A stretch of DNA of 35,069 nt from Candidatus Adlerbacteria bacterium (GTDB lineage Bacteria; Patescibacteriota; Minisyncoccia; Phycocordibacterales; SBAW01). Shown here in pieces: positions 8,753 to 16,972 of this stretch. The notes beneath the pieces are model-generated. The model was not told the origin of the DNA, did not search any database, and saw nothing but the letters and a program-made list of their open reading frames with translations. The stretch lies in NCBI GenBank assembly GCA_028286785.1, contig JAQBQX010000005.1:1-35069 (forward strand), in the 5' to 3' direction. The position numbers and the translations under genes were made by a program. How positions within the stretch are numbered: the stretch's first letter is position 1; every line of letters begins with the position of its first letter.

Positions 8753-8781
8753 TTGACACTTCAGGGCCAAAAGAGTACAAA
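8753..8781 (+). promoter_or_regulatory. Candidate promoter for micro-ORF 8815..8940
   Basis: TTGACA 8753-8758, 17-nt spacer, TACAAA 8776-8781. GGAG at 8805-8808 lies 6 nt before ATG 8815. Confidence 0.4.
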
Positions 8782-8814
8782 ATACGAAGACCTTTCTAGT
8801 ACCTGGAGTGTGTT

Positions 8815-8940
8815 ATGGACCTGAGTTACTTGATTTGGGGATCGCTCCTCCTTCTGGGTGTGGGCGTTATACCCATAGGCTTGCTGGTCGATAAAATCAA
8901 ATACCCAAACGAAAACCGCCGACCTCAGGGTCGGCGGTAA
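8815..8940 (+). CDS. Possible 41-aa single-TM micro-protein (MDLSYLIWGSLLLLGVGVIPIGLLVDKIKYPNENRRPQGRR)
   Basis: Below the ORF-track size cutoff; found by reading frame 1 from ATG 8815 to TAA 8938-8940. Has a -35/-10-like pair and GGAG spacing, a hydrophobic helix and a basic tail. Its 3' end is the terminator hairpin, so it could be fortuitous. Confidence 0.35.
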   Translation: MDLSYLIWGSLLLLGVGVIPIGLLVDKIKYPNENRRPQGRR

Positions 8941-8946
8941 TTTTTT
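8907..8946. terminator. Bidirectional rho-independent terminator between truB and nrdB
   Basis: CCGCCGACC (8916-8924), TCAG loop, GGTCGGCGG (8929-8937). TAATTTTTT follows on the + strand and TTTTCGTTT on the - strand. Confidence 0.8.
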
Positions 8947-8965
8947 AAGGGAACACTTATTTTCC

Positions 8966-10009
8966 TTACCAATCGAGTTCGCCGGTTTTGTATTCGGTCA
9001 CGCGGGTTTCAAAGAAGTTCTTTTCTTTGGGCATGTCGATGATCTCTGACATCCAAGGGAATGGGTTGTCCTTGTGGTATTTGCGCTCCAAACCGATGCG
9101 CTCGAGGCGTCGGTCGGCGATGTGCTCGACATACTGCTTGATGGTGTTAGGCGAAAGGCCGACGATGCCGCGCGGCAGCGTGTCGTCGACGTACATGTGC
9201 TCGATCTCGACTGCGCGCATGATGTTATTGGTGAGTTCGGTTTTAAACTCGGGCGTCCAGATGTCTGGGTTTTCCTTAACGATGGTGTTGATGAGGTCTG
9301 CGCCGAAGGCCAGGTGGACCGACTCGTCGCGCAAGATAAACTGGAACTGCTCGCCGATGCCTACCATGCGGTTTTTGCGTAGCATGGACAGCATCATCGC
9401 AAATCCTGCGTAGAAAAAGATGCCTTCCATGATGACGTAAAAGCCCACCAGGTCGTGCACAAAGGCCTGCGTGTTTGCGACACCCTCGGTTGTGAAGTTA
9501 GGGTCAAATACCGAGCGTGTCATTTCTGTCACAAACTCGTCCTTGGCCGTGATAGACGGCACGTCGAGGTACATGTTGTAGATCTCGTCTGGGTTGAGTC
9601 CCAACGTGTCGCAACAGTAGATGAATGTGTCCGTGTGCACTGCTTCCTCGTAAGCTTGGCGCAACAAGTACTGGCGGCATTCAGGGTTGGTGATATGGCG
9701 GTAAATTGCCAAAACGAGATTGTTGGCGGTAAGCGACTCCGCAGTCGAGAAAAACCCGAGGTTCCACAAGATCATGTGGCGCTCGTCTTCGGAAAGTGCG
9801 CCCTGCTTCTTCCACAACTCGACGTCTTGCTGCATGGATACCTCTTCTGGTACCCAGTTGTTGGCAACACCCTTTTTGTAATGCGTACGCGCCCATGGGT
9901 AGCGCATCGGCAAGATCTTGTTGGGGTCAGTGACGTTGGCACCGTTTATGATACCGCCTTTGCGGCCGGTGTATTCGACAACTGGAGTTGCTCGCGTAAT
10001 TTCGGACAT
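8966..10009 (-). CDS. nrdB: Ribonucleotide reductase beta subunit, class Ic-type (R2c)
   Basis: Metal ligands E91 (FFSTAESL), E122/H125 (EEAVH), E195 (IMEG), E229/H232 (RDESVH). Phe129 (HTDTF, codon 9625..9623) occupies the radical-Tyr position. Very similar by eye to my recollection of the Chlamydia R2c sequence. Confidence 0.93.
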   Translation of the reverse strand: MSEITRATPVVEYTGRKGGIINGANVTDPNKILPMRYPWARTHYKKGVANNWVPEEVSMQQDVELWKKQGALSEDERHMILWNLGFFSTAESLTANNLVLAIYRHITNPECRQYLLRQAYEEAVHTDTFIYCCDTLGLNPDEIYNMYLDVPSITAKDEFVTEMTRSVFDPNFTTEGVANTQAFVHDLVGFYVIMEGIFFYAGFAMMLSMLRKNRMVGIGEQFQFILRDESVHLAFGADLINTIVKENPDIWTPEFKTELTNNIMRAVEIEHMYVDDTLPRGIVGLSPNTIKQYVEHIADRRLERIGLERKYHKDNPFPWMSEIIDMPKEKNFFETRVTEYKTGELDW

Positions 10010-10069
10010 ACTGATATAGGGTTGATTCAGAAACTGCTAATACGAATATTCTATCCTATTTACTGAACT

Positions 10070-12994
10070 TTAGGCAGAGCACGACTCACACACCTCGCCG
10101 ATCATCTCTATTTTTGGGCGAGCTGATGCTGCCAAAGGCGCCTGGCCGAAGGTTGGAATGCCCTTGGTGACCACCGGCTCGGCAACAAGCGCTGCTGCTG
10201 CGTATACAGATGCTGCAACGGTCACGGTTGAAGGGATAGATTGCTGGGTTGGGTCAATAACGACCTCGGATACGACCGATTCTGTGCTGGCAGGAGCGTC
10301 TGCTTTGTTAGTTTCGCCAGTCTTGGCAAGCCCTACAGTCGACTTTTCAATGCGTGATGCTCCCATTGTGCGCAGGTAGTACGTAGTCTTAAGTCCCAAT
10401 GACCATGCGTACTGGTAGATTTCGGAAAGTACTTTACCCGATGTTCCGCCGTAAAAGATGTTGAGTGACTGCGACTGGTCGATCCAGCGGCCGCGGTATG
10501 CAGCTGCTTTGATGAGCCATTGCGGTTCGATCTCGAAGGCCTCTTTGTACTTGTCGCGCAAAGGAGCCGGGATCTCGAGGATCTGCTGGATAGATCCGTC
10601 GTAAAACTTGATCTTTTCAAGCATCGCCTCGTTCCACATGCCGAGCTTTTTGAGGTCCTCGACGAGGAAGTCGTTGACAACCATAAAGTCTCCAGCCATG
10701 TTCGATTTAACGTACAGGTTTTTGTAGATAGGTTCGGTGGTTGGGTAGCAGCCAGCGATGTTTGCGGTCGAGGCTGTGGGTGCATTGGCCATCGTATTTG
10801 AGTTGCGCATACCCCATTGGCGAACCGCTTCGCGCACCAGGCGCCAGTCGAGCGTTTCGTGGCGGGGAATGTCGATTTTTTGGCCGCGCTCAATCTCGAG
10901 CAGGGCGATAGTGTCCTGTGGCATGATGCCGCGGTCCCACTTGGAGCCCTTGTAGGTCTCGTAAGTGCCACGCTCCTTGGCCAAGAGCGATGAAGAAAGG
11001 ATAGCGTGGTAGGAAATAGCCTCCATAGTCTCGTCCGAGAACTTGACCGCTGCATCGGTGTCGAAGTTGATGCCTGCTTTGTACAAGGCGTCCTGGAGAC
11101 CGCGCAGACCGAGTCCGACTGGGCGGTGGCGCATGTTCGAGCGGCGGGTATCTTCGGTCGGATAGAAGTTGATCTCGATGACGTTGTCGAGCATGCGCAT
11201 TGCCATAGGCACCACGCGCGCGACGAGCTCACGGTCAAATGCGCCGTCCTTCACAAAGGCTGACATGTTGATCGAGCCGAGGTTACATACAGCGGTCTCG
11301 TTGCTCGAGGTGTTGAGCGTGATCTCGGTGCAGAGGTTAGACGAGTGCACAACGCCGACATGGTCCTGGGGCGAGCGTACGTTTGATGGGTCCTTCCAGG
11401 TGATCCATGGGTGGCCCGACTCAAAGAGGCTGGTGAGGTTTTTCTTCCACAGGTCAGTAGCGCGGACTTTGCGGTATTGCGAGAGTTTGCCTTCTTCGCC
11501 CATCTTTTCATATTCGGCATAACGATCTTCGAACTTTTTGCCATACAAGTCATGGAGGTCAGGCGCGTCAGAAGGGGAGAAAAGCGACCACTGTTCGTCG
11601 TTTTGCATGCGCTTCATGAACAGGTCGGGGATCCAAACCGCAGTGTTGAGGTCGTGTGCGCGGCGGCGCTCGTCGCCGGTGTTTTTGCGCAGGTCGATAA
11701 AGTCTTCGATGTCGGCATGCCAGTATTCGAGGTACACAGCAGCAGCGCCACGGCGACGGCCCGAGCGGTTGATAGAAATGGTAACGTCGTTGGCGATTTT
11801 CAGGAATGGGATAACGCCCTGGCTTTCAACGCCGGTTTTCTTGATGAGCGAGCCTGTTGCGCGCACTGGTGTCCAGTCGACGCCCAGGCCGCCTGCGTAT
11901 TTAAGGAGCTGGGCGCTGTCGCTGTAGTTTTTGAATATAGCGTGGAGGTCGTCCGGAACTGTTGAGAGAAAACATGATGAAAGCTGTGGCAGTGCGAGAC
12001 CTGCGTGGTAGAGCGTTGGGGAAGATGGCGTGTAGTACATGCCCGACATCACTTCGTAGAACTCGAGCGCATAGCGGGCGCGTTCTTCAGGGGTCTTTTC
12101 GGCAAGCGCTTGGCCCATAGCTGCGCGCATCCAGAAGATCTGCGGGGTCTCCAGCAGCTTGCGGGTACCGTGCTCGCGCGAGAAGTAATTGGCAAGCAGG
12201 GTCTGGAGGCCGAGGTACTTAAAGTCGCGGTCGCGCTCGATGATAAGGGCGTCTGCCAATATATCGAGGTTAAAGTCGAGCATCTCTTTGGCAAACTGGC
12301 CGATCTCGACACCGTACTTAATGGTATTTTTAAACCCTTCTTTATATACCTGCTCGAGATTGGTGTGGTCGAAGGTGCCGAACACGTCGCGGTAGATAGA
12401 CTCCAGCAAGAGGCGGCTTGCGACGCTTGAATATGCCGGGTCGCGCTCAATCATCGAGCGTACCATCATGATAAGCACGTCATGGATATCCTTGGTCTTG
12501 ATGCCGTCATGCATTTCCTGGCGGACACGGACAATGACTCCGGGTATGTCGATGATATTCTCGAAACCAGCCGCAGCGCGCGTCAGGGTCTTGGTCAGCT
12601 TTGCTTCGCTAAAGTTTTCTTTGCGGCCATCACGCTTGGTGATAGAGAGGGCATTTTCGCTGATCTTTTCGGCGACTTCCTGCTTTTCTTCCTCGCGCTT
12701 TTTAGCGTGTTCGTAGCGGTAAATGATGTAGTCTTTTGCAACGGTGAAATATCCGCGCTCCATGAGGGCGTTTTCTACCAAGTCCTGGATATCCTCGACA
12801 GAGGGGATAAAAGCGGTTGCGCCAAACTTCAGGTCGATAGAATCGGCGACCACGCGAGAGATCTCGATGGCGTCCTTTTCGTGGCTATCACCCAGCACTG
12901 CGGCAAAGGCCTTTTGGACCGCTATCGTGATCTTGGACGGATGGAAATCGGCGATCTCTCCGTTTCTCTTCTTGATTTTCTGTGTTATTGCCAT
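10070..12994 (-). CDS. nrdA: Ribonucleotide reductase alpha subunit with two N-terminal ATP-cones
   Basis: ATP-cones at about aa 6-95 (KKRNGEIADF) and 115-200 (TKRDGRKENF). Active-site motifs SSCFLS, SNLCTEI, and PTASTANI. C-terminal CESCSA redox-shuttle pair follows a ~90-aa low-complexity extension. Confidence 0.95.
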   Translation of the reverse strand: MAITQKIKKRNGEIADFHPSKITIAVQKAFAAVLGDSHEKDAIEISRVVADSIDLKFGATAFIPSVEDIQDLVENALMERGYFTVAKDYIIYRYEHAKKREEEKQEVAEKISENALSITKRDGRKENFSEAKLTKTLTRAAAGFENIIDIPGVIVRVRQEMHDGIKTKDIHDVLIMMVRSMIERDPAYSSVASRLLLESIYRDVFGTFDHTNLEQVYKEGFKNTIKYGVEIGQFAKEMLDFNLDILADALIIERDRDFKYLGLQTLLANYFSREHGTRKLLETPQIFWMRAAMGQALAEKTPEERARYALEFYEVMSGMYYTPSSPTLYHAGLALPQLSSCFLSTVPDDLHAIFKNYSDSAQLLKYAGGLGVDWTPVRATGSLIKKTGVESQGVIPFLKIANDVTISINRSGRRRGAAAVYLEYWHADIEDFIDLRKNTGDERRRAHDLNTAVWIPDLFMKRMQNDEQWSLFSPSDAPDLHDLYGKKFEDRYAEYEKMGEEGKLSQYRKVRATDLWKKNLTSLFESGHPWITWKDPSNVRSPQDHVGVVHSSNLCTEITLNTSSNETAVCNLGSINMSAFVKDGAFDRELVARVVPMAMRMLDNVIEINFYPTEDTRRSNMRHRPVGLGLRGLQDALYKAGINFDTDAAVKFSDETMEAISYHAILSSSLLAKERGTYETYKGSKWDRGIMPQDTIALLEIERGQKIDIPRHETLDWRLVREAVRQWGMRNSNTMANAPTASTANIAGCYPTTEPIYKNLYVKSNMAGDFMVVNDFLVEDLKKLGMWNEAMLEKIKFYDGSIQQILEIPAPLRDKYKEAFEIEPQWLIKAAAYRGRWIDQSQSLNIFYGGTSGKVLSEIYQYAWSLGLKTTYYLRTMGASRIEKSTVGLAKTGETNKADAPASTESVVSEVVIDPTQQSIPSTVTVAASVYAAAALVAEPVVTKGIPTFGQAPLAASARPKIEMIGEVCESCSA

Positions 12995-13001
12995 AGTGCT
13001 G

Positions 13002-13007
13002 AGTTTA
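13002..13007 (-). promoter_or_regulatory. -10-like TAAACT 7 nt upstream of the nrdA ATG
   Basis: On the - strand: TAAACT (13007..13002), cagcact, ATG 12994. No SD. Confidence 0.35.
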
Positions 13008-13221
13008 ACTTAATAATGAATCTAATATTTAGGTCAGGACTTACATTATGAGCCATTGGGAGTGAAATTTTACTGTGCATAAAGGAATCGAGAACTTTTT
13101 TGTCGTCTTTGCAAGCGCCTGGCGAGAGTTTTGCAAAAAATGATGTACAGTAAGCGCTTTTTGGCCTCATTTTTTACGCAAAACAAACTTTTTCTCCCAC
13201 TGGGTAAAATGGCATGTAAAT

Positions 13222-13230
13222 TGGTATACT
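13222..13230 (+). promoter_or_regulatory. Extended -10 (TGgTATACT) 6 nt upstream of ATG 13237
   Basis: TGG 13222-13224, TATACT 13225-13230, gcagcc, ATG 13237. No SD. Confidence 0.55.
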
Positions 13231-13236
13231 GCAGCC

Positions 13237-13749
13237 ATGAACACCACATATCGCCCTAATGAGGACCAAAACGTTTGGAATTTTATCTTCTCGGTCTTTT
13301 TTGTGCTTGTGCTGGTGGGCGTGTTGTATGCCATTTATCTAGAACGGGGAGGCTTCCCGACATCTGTCTCGGTCTTTGATGCAGTGCTCATGGCGCTGGC
13401 AAGTTTCCGCATCACCCGGCTAGTGGTGTATGACAAAATCACTCGCTTTTTTCGCGAGTGGTTTGTGAAGAAAATATTGGTGGTCAACGAGGCTGGCGAG
13501 GCCGTAGTCGAGATCCGCACTATCGGCCGCGGGGTGCGCCATACTATATATGACCTCTTGCAGTGCCCGTGGTGTATCGGGATGTGGAGCTCGCTTATTA
13601 TCTGCGGAGCCTACTTTTTGTTCCCTTGGGCGTGGTTCGTGATCCTGTTTTTGGCGCTCGCCGGAGCGGGGTCTTTTGTGCAGATATTGGCCAACCTGAT
13701 CGGCTGGAAGGCCGAAGGGCTTAAGCAGGGCGTAGAAGGTCGCGAGTAG
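13237..13749 (+). CDS. DUF1360-like integral membrane protein
   Basis: Four predicted TM helices. SFRITRLVVYDKITRFFRE and a membrane CPWC motif (LLQCPWCIGMW), as I recall for DUF1360. The family call is from memory only. Confidence 0.75.
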   Translation: MNTTYRPNEDQNVWNFIFSVFFVLVLVGVLYAIYLERGGFPTSVSVFDAVLMALASFRITRLVVYDKITRFFREWFVKKILVVNEAGEAVVEIRTIGRGVRHTIYDLLQCPWCIGMWSSLIICGAYFLFPWAWFVILFLALAGAGSFVQILANLIGWKAEGLKQGVEGRE

Positions 13750-13767
13750 TGTCGCTATGCAGGCTTC

Positions 13768-14265
13768 TTATTTAAACTTGACCGGAATGTCGAGTTCTTT
13801 TTGATTTTCAGGAAGGCCAGAAGGGTTGTCGTTCATGAGTACCAATGTACCGGTGGTGCTTGTGGCTGGTGCCGTAAAGGTAAGTGTGCCCTTAAACGTT
13901 ACATATTCGGCGGTCATCCAGTCGCCTTGTGCTTCAACATGACCCTGCGCAATGACTTTGCCTACGCTGTCACGCAGCTCAACTGGCGCAGAGGCTTCAA
14001 AGTACCAGCCTCCGCGTGCCTTGCCTGTGATTGTAAGAGGGCTGTGAATAACTGTGCCTGGCAGCGGGCTCGAGACAGTAATAAGGTCGGGGAGCGATGC
14101 CTGAGGGGTTGTGGTGGGCGTTGATGTGGCTGGTGTCGTAATATCGGGCGTGCTTGTTGCCACAGTTGGGGCATGGGCTTGTTCAGGAGCAGGGATAACT
14201 ACAAGTGCAATAAGACCGATTACGATAATAGCAAACAGTACTATGGCGAGTGTGTAGCGATTCAT
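13768..14265 (-). CDS. Membrane-anchored Gmad2 Ig-like domain protein
   Basis: N-terminal TM helix, Thr/Pro-rich linker, then SPLPGTVIHSPLTITGKARGGWYFEASAPVELRD...GDWMTAEYVTFKGTLTF, typical of the Gmad2 domain. ATG 14265 chosen because TATAAT lies 6 nt upstream and this avoids overlap with the HAD gene. Confidence 0.8.
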   Translation of the reverse strand: MNRYTLAIVLFAIIVIGLIALVVIPAPEQAHAPTVATSTPDITTPATSTPTTTPQASLPDLITVSSPLPGTVIHSPLTITGKARGGWYFEASAPVELRDSVGKVIAQGHVEAQGDWMTAEYVTFKGTLTFTAPATSTTGTLVLMNDNPSGLPENQKELDIPVKFK

Positions 14266-14271
14266 GGCTCT

Positions 14272-14277
14272 ATTATA
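14272..14277 (-). promoter_or_regulatory. Consensus -10 TATAAT 6 nt upstream of ATG 14265
   Basis: On the - strand: TATAAT (14277..14272), agagcc, ATG 14265. Overlaps the TAA stop of the upstream HAD gene. Confidence 0.45.
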
Positions 14278-15019
14278 ACGCGATAATACGCTCAATGATA
14301 CCGGTGGTTTCTGCGATGCTGAAGACCTCGTGGGTGGCTACTCCGGTCGCTATAACGACAGAGTCGTTGCCGCCTTCTTCGAGCGCGTCTCCGATATACA
14401 GCATGTCGCTAACCGGTATCTGGGTGAGCTCCACGAGGCGCTTGATACCAAATGATTTGTCGATTCCTTTAGGGGTGACGTCTACCGAGGTGATGCCGCC
14501 CATTTCCACGGTGCATCCGGGTAGCGCCGCTGCAAGCGCGTCACGAAGCTGTTTGCGCACTGTGCCGTGCGCTTGGGCCCAGGCCTCTTTTTCGGCCAAA
14601 GGCGCTTGCTGTCCAAGTGCCGAAAAGGTGATCTGCGCACCCCGGTCCTCGATCTGTTCCCCCCAGAGCTGGGGCGGCATCTCAAACCCGATCTGGGGCA
14701 GGACCTTAGTTATTTGTTCTTTAATGTTGGCGCTTTCTGCAGCAGAGAACGAGTGGTCGTATTGTGGGTTCCACGTGCCGTTTTTATATACAAAACATTG
14801 TCCGCCGTTGACCGCAAACAAGTACAGGTGCTCCAGCGGCGCATCAGAAATAGACGGCAAGAGCTGTGTTTCAAACTGGCCAAAGGTAGCGCCAGACATG
14901 ATCGCGACCATGTGTTTCTGAAGGAGCTGACTCAAAAGGTCGCCCACTTCTGCGGATACGCGCTGTTTGCTTTCTGCCAAAGTGCCGTCCAGGTCAAAAA
15001 TGATAACTTTTGGCTTCAT
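14273..15019 (-). CDS. HAD-IIB hydrolase, eukaryotic-type phosphomannomutase-like
   Basis: DxDGT motif IIFDLDGTLAESKQRV. GGITSVDVTPKGIDKSFG and YIGDALEEGGND align by eye with the PMM motifs GGQISFDVFPxGWDK and FFGDKTxxGGND. Confidence 0.8.
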   Translation of the reverse strand: MKPKVIIFDLDGTLAESKQRVSAEVGDLLSQLLQKHMVAIMSGATFGQFETQLLPSISDAPLEHLYLFAVNGGQCFVYKNGTWNPQYDHSFSAAESANIKEQITKVLPQIGFEMPPQLWGEQIEDRGAQITFSALGQQAPLAEKEAWAQAHGTVRKQLRDALAAALPGCTVEMGGITSVDVTPKGIDKSFGIKRLVELTQIPVSDMLYIGDALEEGGNDSVVIATGVATHEVFSIAETTGIIERIIAL

Positions 15020-15042
15020 GTGTATATTCAGTTAAATAAAAT

Positions 15043-16965
15043 CTAAGTAAGGTTCTCCGGCAATAAAATCTTGAACAGTTTCTTCAGCGACATCTTTGCA
15101 ACTCCGAGCACGGTGTCCGCGCCGCCATAATATATAAATAAATTATCGCCGCGCAGCACCACCCCACAAGAAAACACCGCATTGCGCACGATGCCTATGC
15201 GCTCGTAAGGCAAGAGCGGTTCCAGAATGGTATCAACACTACGGGAAAGCACAATAGACGGATTCTGGAGGTCCAAAAGCACGGCGCCCAGGCGGTAGGT
15301 CGCCGTCTTGGAAACGCCGTGATAAATAAGGAGCCAGCCCTTGTCGGTTTTAATAGGGGGTGCTGCTATGCCGATTTTGACGCTGTCCCAGCAGCCGGGG
15401 CGCGGACCCATGATTTCGATGCAGCGCGAGAGGCGCATTTTGGTAAAGTCCAAGGTGTCTAGGAAGTCGGCGCACAGCTGCGGGTCGATGCGGTGCAGCA
15501 GCATGTATTGCCCTGCGATTTTCTCTGGCATGAGGCAAGTGTCTTTGTCGTTGACGTTGTCAGGCGTGGTCAAGACAGGCATAGACCACTTGTTCCAGCG
15601 TTTGTTGAGGAAGTCGTCAACGGAAATGCTGGTCAGCGCAACACGGGTGCTATCGACACCATTGTACGCGGTGTAGGCCATGTACAGAGTGTCATCAATT
15701 TGGGTGATGCGAGGGTCTTCGCAGCCGGAATTGCCGGTCGGGCTGCCTTTTTTCAGCTCAAAGTCGGCGCGCGGTATGTACATCGGCTCAGGATCGCGGT
15801 CGATTATCTTGACGCCGTTTTTGGTGGCTGCGTATCCGATGACCGATGTGTTGTCGTCGCCCATGGCACGGTACAAAATGTGGATCTTGCCGCCGAGGTC
15901 TATCGCTGCAGCATTGAACACCGCGTTTTTTTCCCATGGATGTTCAGGAATGGGGAGCAAGATCGGGTTTTCTTTGGCGCGCACGACAAGTTCGATGCGG
16001 CGCTCGGGTATGAGTGCGGCCAGAAGGTCTGGCAAGTTCAGCGACGCTTTGGCGCAGATAGTGTCGGCGCCTCCGTAATAGATATCGAGGCGGTTTTTCT
16101 CGAGCAATGCGCCGGATGGGAACACAATGTTGGGTACGACACCGTACTGCTCGTAATTGGCCTCTGGGACCATCATAGGACCCTTGGTGGCGCCTACAAT
16201 CGTGTGTGGGTCAGTGAGTCCCAGCAACATCGCCTCGATGCCAAACACGCGCTTGTCCCCATCGAAGTATCTCTGGATGTAGGAATAGATAAGGAGCCAG
16301 CCGTCTTTGGTTTTAATAGGTGCCGCGCCTACTTCGACGTGGTCTTCAGGGAAGCGCAGCGGGTTGATGATGTGACTGTCGATTTCCGAGTGCCATTTTT
16401 CCCAGAACTTGATATCCCACAGGTCTTCGAGCTTGTCGCATTGCGCGATGCACATGTGCGACGGCGGTTCGTCGGTATGCGCACTAAAAATAACCGTGAT
16501 CTTGCCGTTGATGCGCTCGGGGAACAGCGTCATGGCCTTGGCATTAAACGGGGTCACCAGGTGCTTTTCTTGTATCGTTTCGAGGTCGTCAGAAATTGCC
16601 AGAGCAACTTTGATATTGCCTGGGCCATATGGAAAGCCGCCGAGCGCGGTATAAAAAATGATGTACTGGCCTTCAAAAAAAGTGACACGCGGATCTTCGC
16701 AGCCGTATTTTTCCCATTCTTCCTCTGGGGTGATGAACTGTCTGCGGTTTTGGAAGTGTTCTCCATCCAGCGACAATGCTTTGCCGATCGAGGAGACTCC
16801 GCCGGGCGACATCAGTGCGTCGGGGCGCGACAGTGCACGGTACAGAAGGTGAGTAACAGCGCCGCGTTTGATAGGCGAGCCGTTGAACGTGCCGCGCGAC
16901 TCCCATTGCCGGTCGGAAACCGGTGAGATAAGCGGATTGTGTTCACTGCGGCGTATTACATACAT
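15043..16965 (-). CDS. Tandem GH130 (beta-mannoside phosphorylase/mannosidase family) fusion protein
   Basis: Two complete modules, about aa 1-325 and 326-640. Each carries NP(L/I)xxP..W(E), LYRA, GCEDPR(V/I)T, GW(L)LIY and YYGGADT. Confidence 0.85.
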   Translation of the reverse strand: MYVIRRSEHNPLISPVSDRQWESRGTFNGSPIKRGAVTHLLYRALSRPDALMSPGGVSSIGKALSLDGEHFQNRRQFITPEEEWEKYGCEDPRVTFFEGQYIIFYTALGGFPYGPGNIKVALAISDDLETIQEKHLVTPFNAKAMTLFPERINGKITVIFSAHTDEPPSHMCIAQCDKLEDLWDIKFWEKWHSEIDSHIINPLRFPEDHVEVGAAPIKTKDGWLLIYSYIQRYFDGDKRVFGIEAMLLGLTDPHTIVGATKGPMMVPEANYEQYGVVPNIVFPSGALLEKNRLDIYYGGADTICAKASLNLPDLLAALIPERRIELVVRAKENPILLPIPEHPWEKNAVFNAAAIDLGGKIHILYRAMGDDNTSVIGYAATKNGVKIIDRDPEPMYIPRADFELKKGSPTGNSGCEDPRITQIDDTLYMAYTAYNGVDSTRVALTSISVDDFLNKRWNKWSMPVLTTPDNVNDKDTCLMPEKIAGQYMLLHRIDPQLCADFLDTLDFTKMRLSRCIEIMGPRPGCWDSVKIGIAAPPIKTDKGWLLIYHGVSKTATYRLGAVLLDLQNPSIVLSRSVDTILEPLLPYERIGIVRNAVFSCGVVLRGDNLFIYYGGADTVLGVAKMSLKKLFKILLPENLT

Positions 16966-16972
16966 ACTTGTT

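Noticed and set aside
10333-11238. 301-aa - strand ORF in an alternative frame inside nrdA
   Set aside because: It has Ser/Thr/Arg/Cys-rich low-complexity translation. It is wholly embedded in the strongly conserved nrdA frame and has no start context.
12985-13170. 61-aa - strand ORF upstream of and overlapping the nrdA start
   Set aside because: It overlaps the nrdA start codon out of frame, is AT-rich with poor coding character, and has no start context.
13008-13224. NrdR boxes upstream of nrdA
   Set aside because: I looked for the 16-bp acaCwAtATaTwGtgt-type palindrome on both strands. The nearest candidates (CTAATATTTAG at 13021-13031, and GTGAAATTTTACTGTG at 13062-13077) have the wrong arm spacing or are not palindromic.
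15493-16926. 477-aa + strand ORF, the longest unexplained ORF in the track
   Set aside because: It lies entirely antisense to the tandem GH130 gene. It has no recognisable motifs and an Arg/Val/Gly-rich shadow-frame composition. The - strand frame carries complete family motifs twice, so this is a typical antisense open frame in GC-rich coding DNA.
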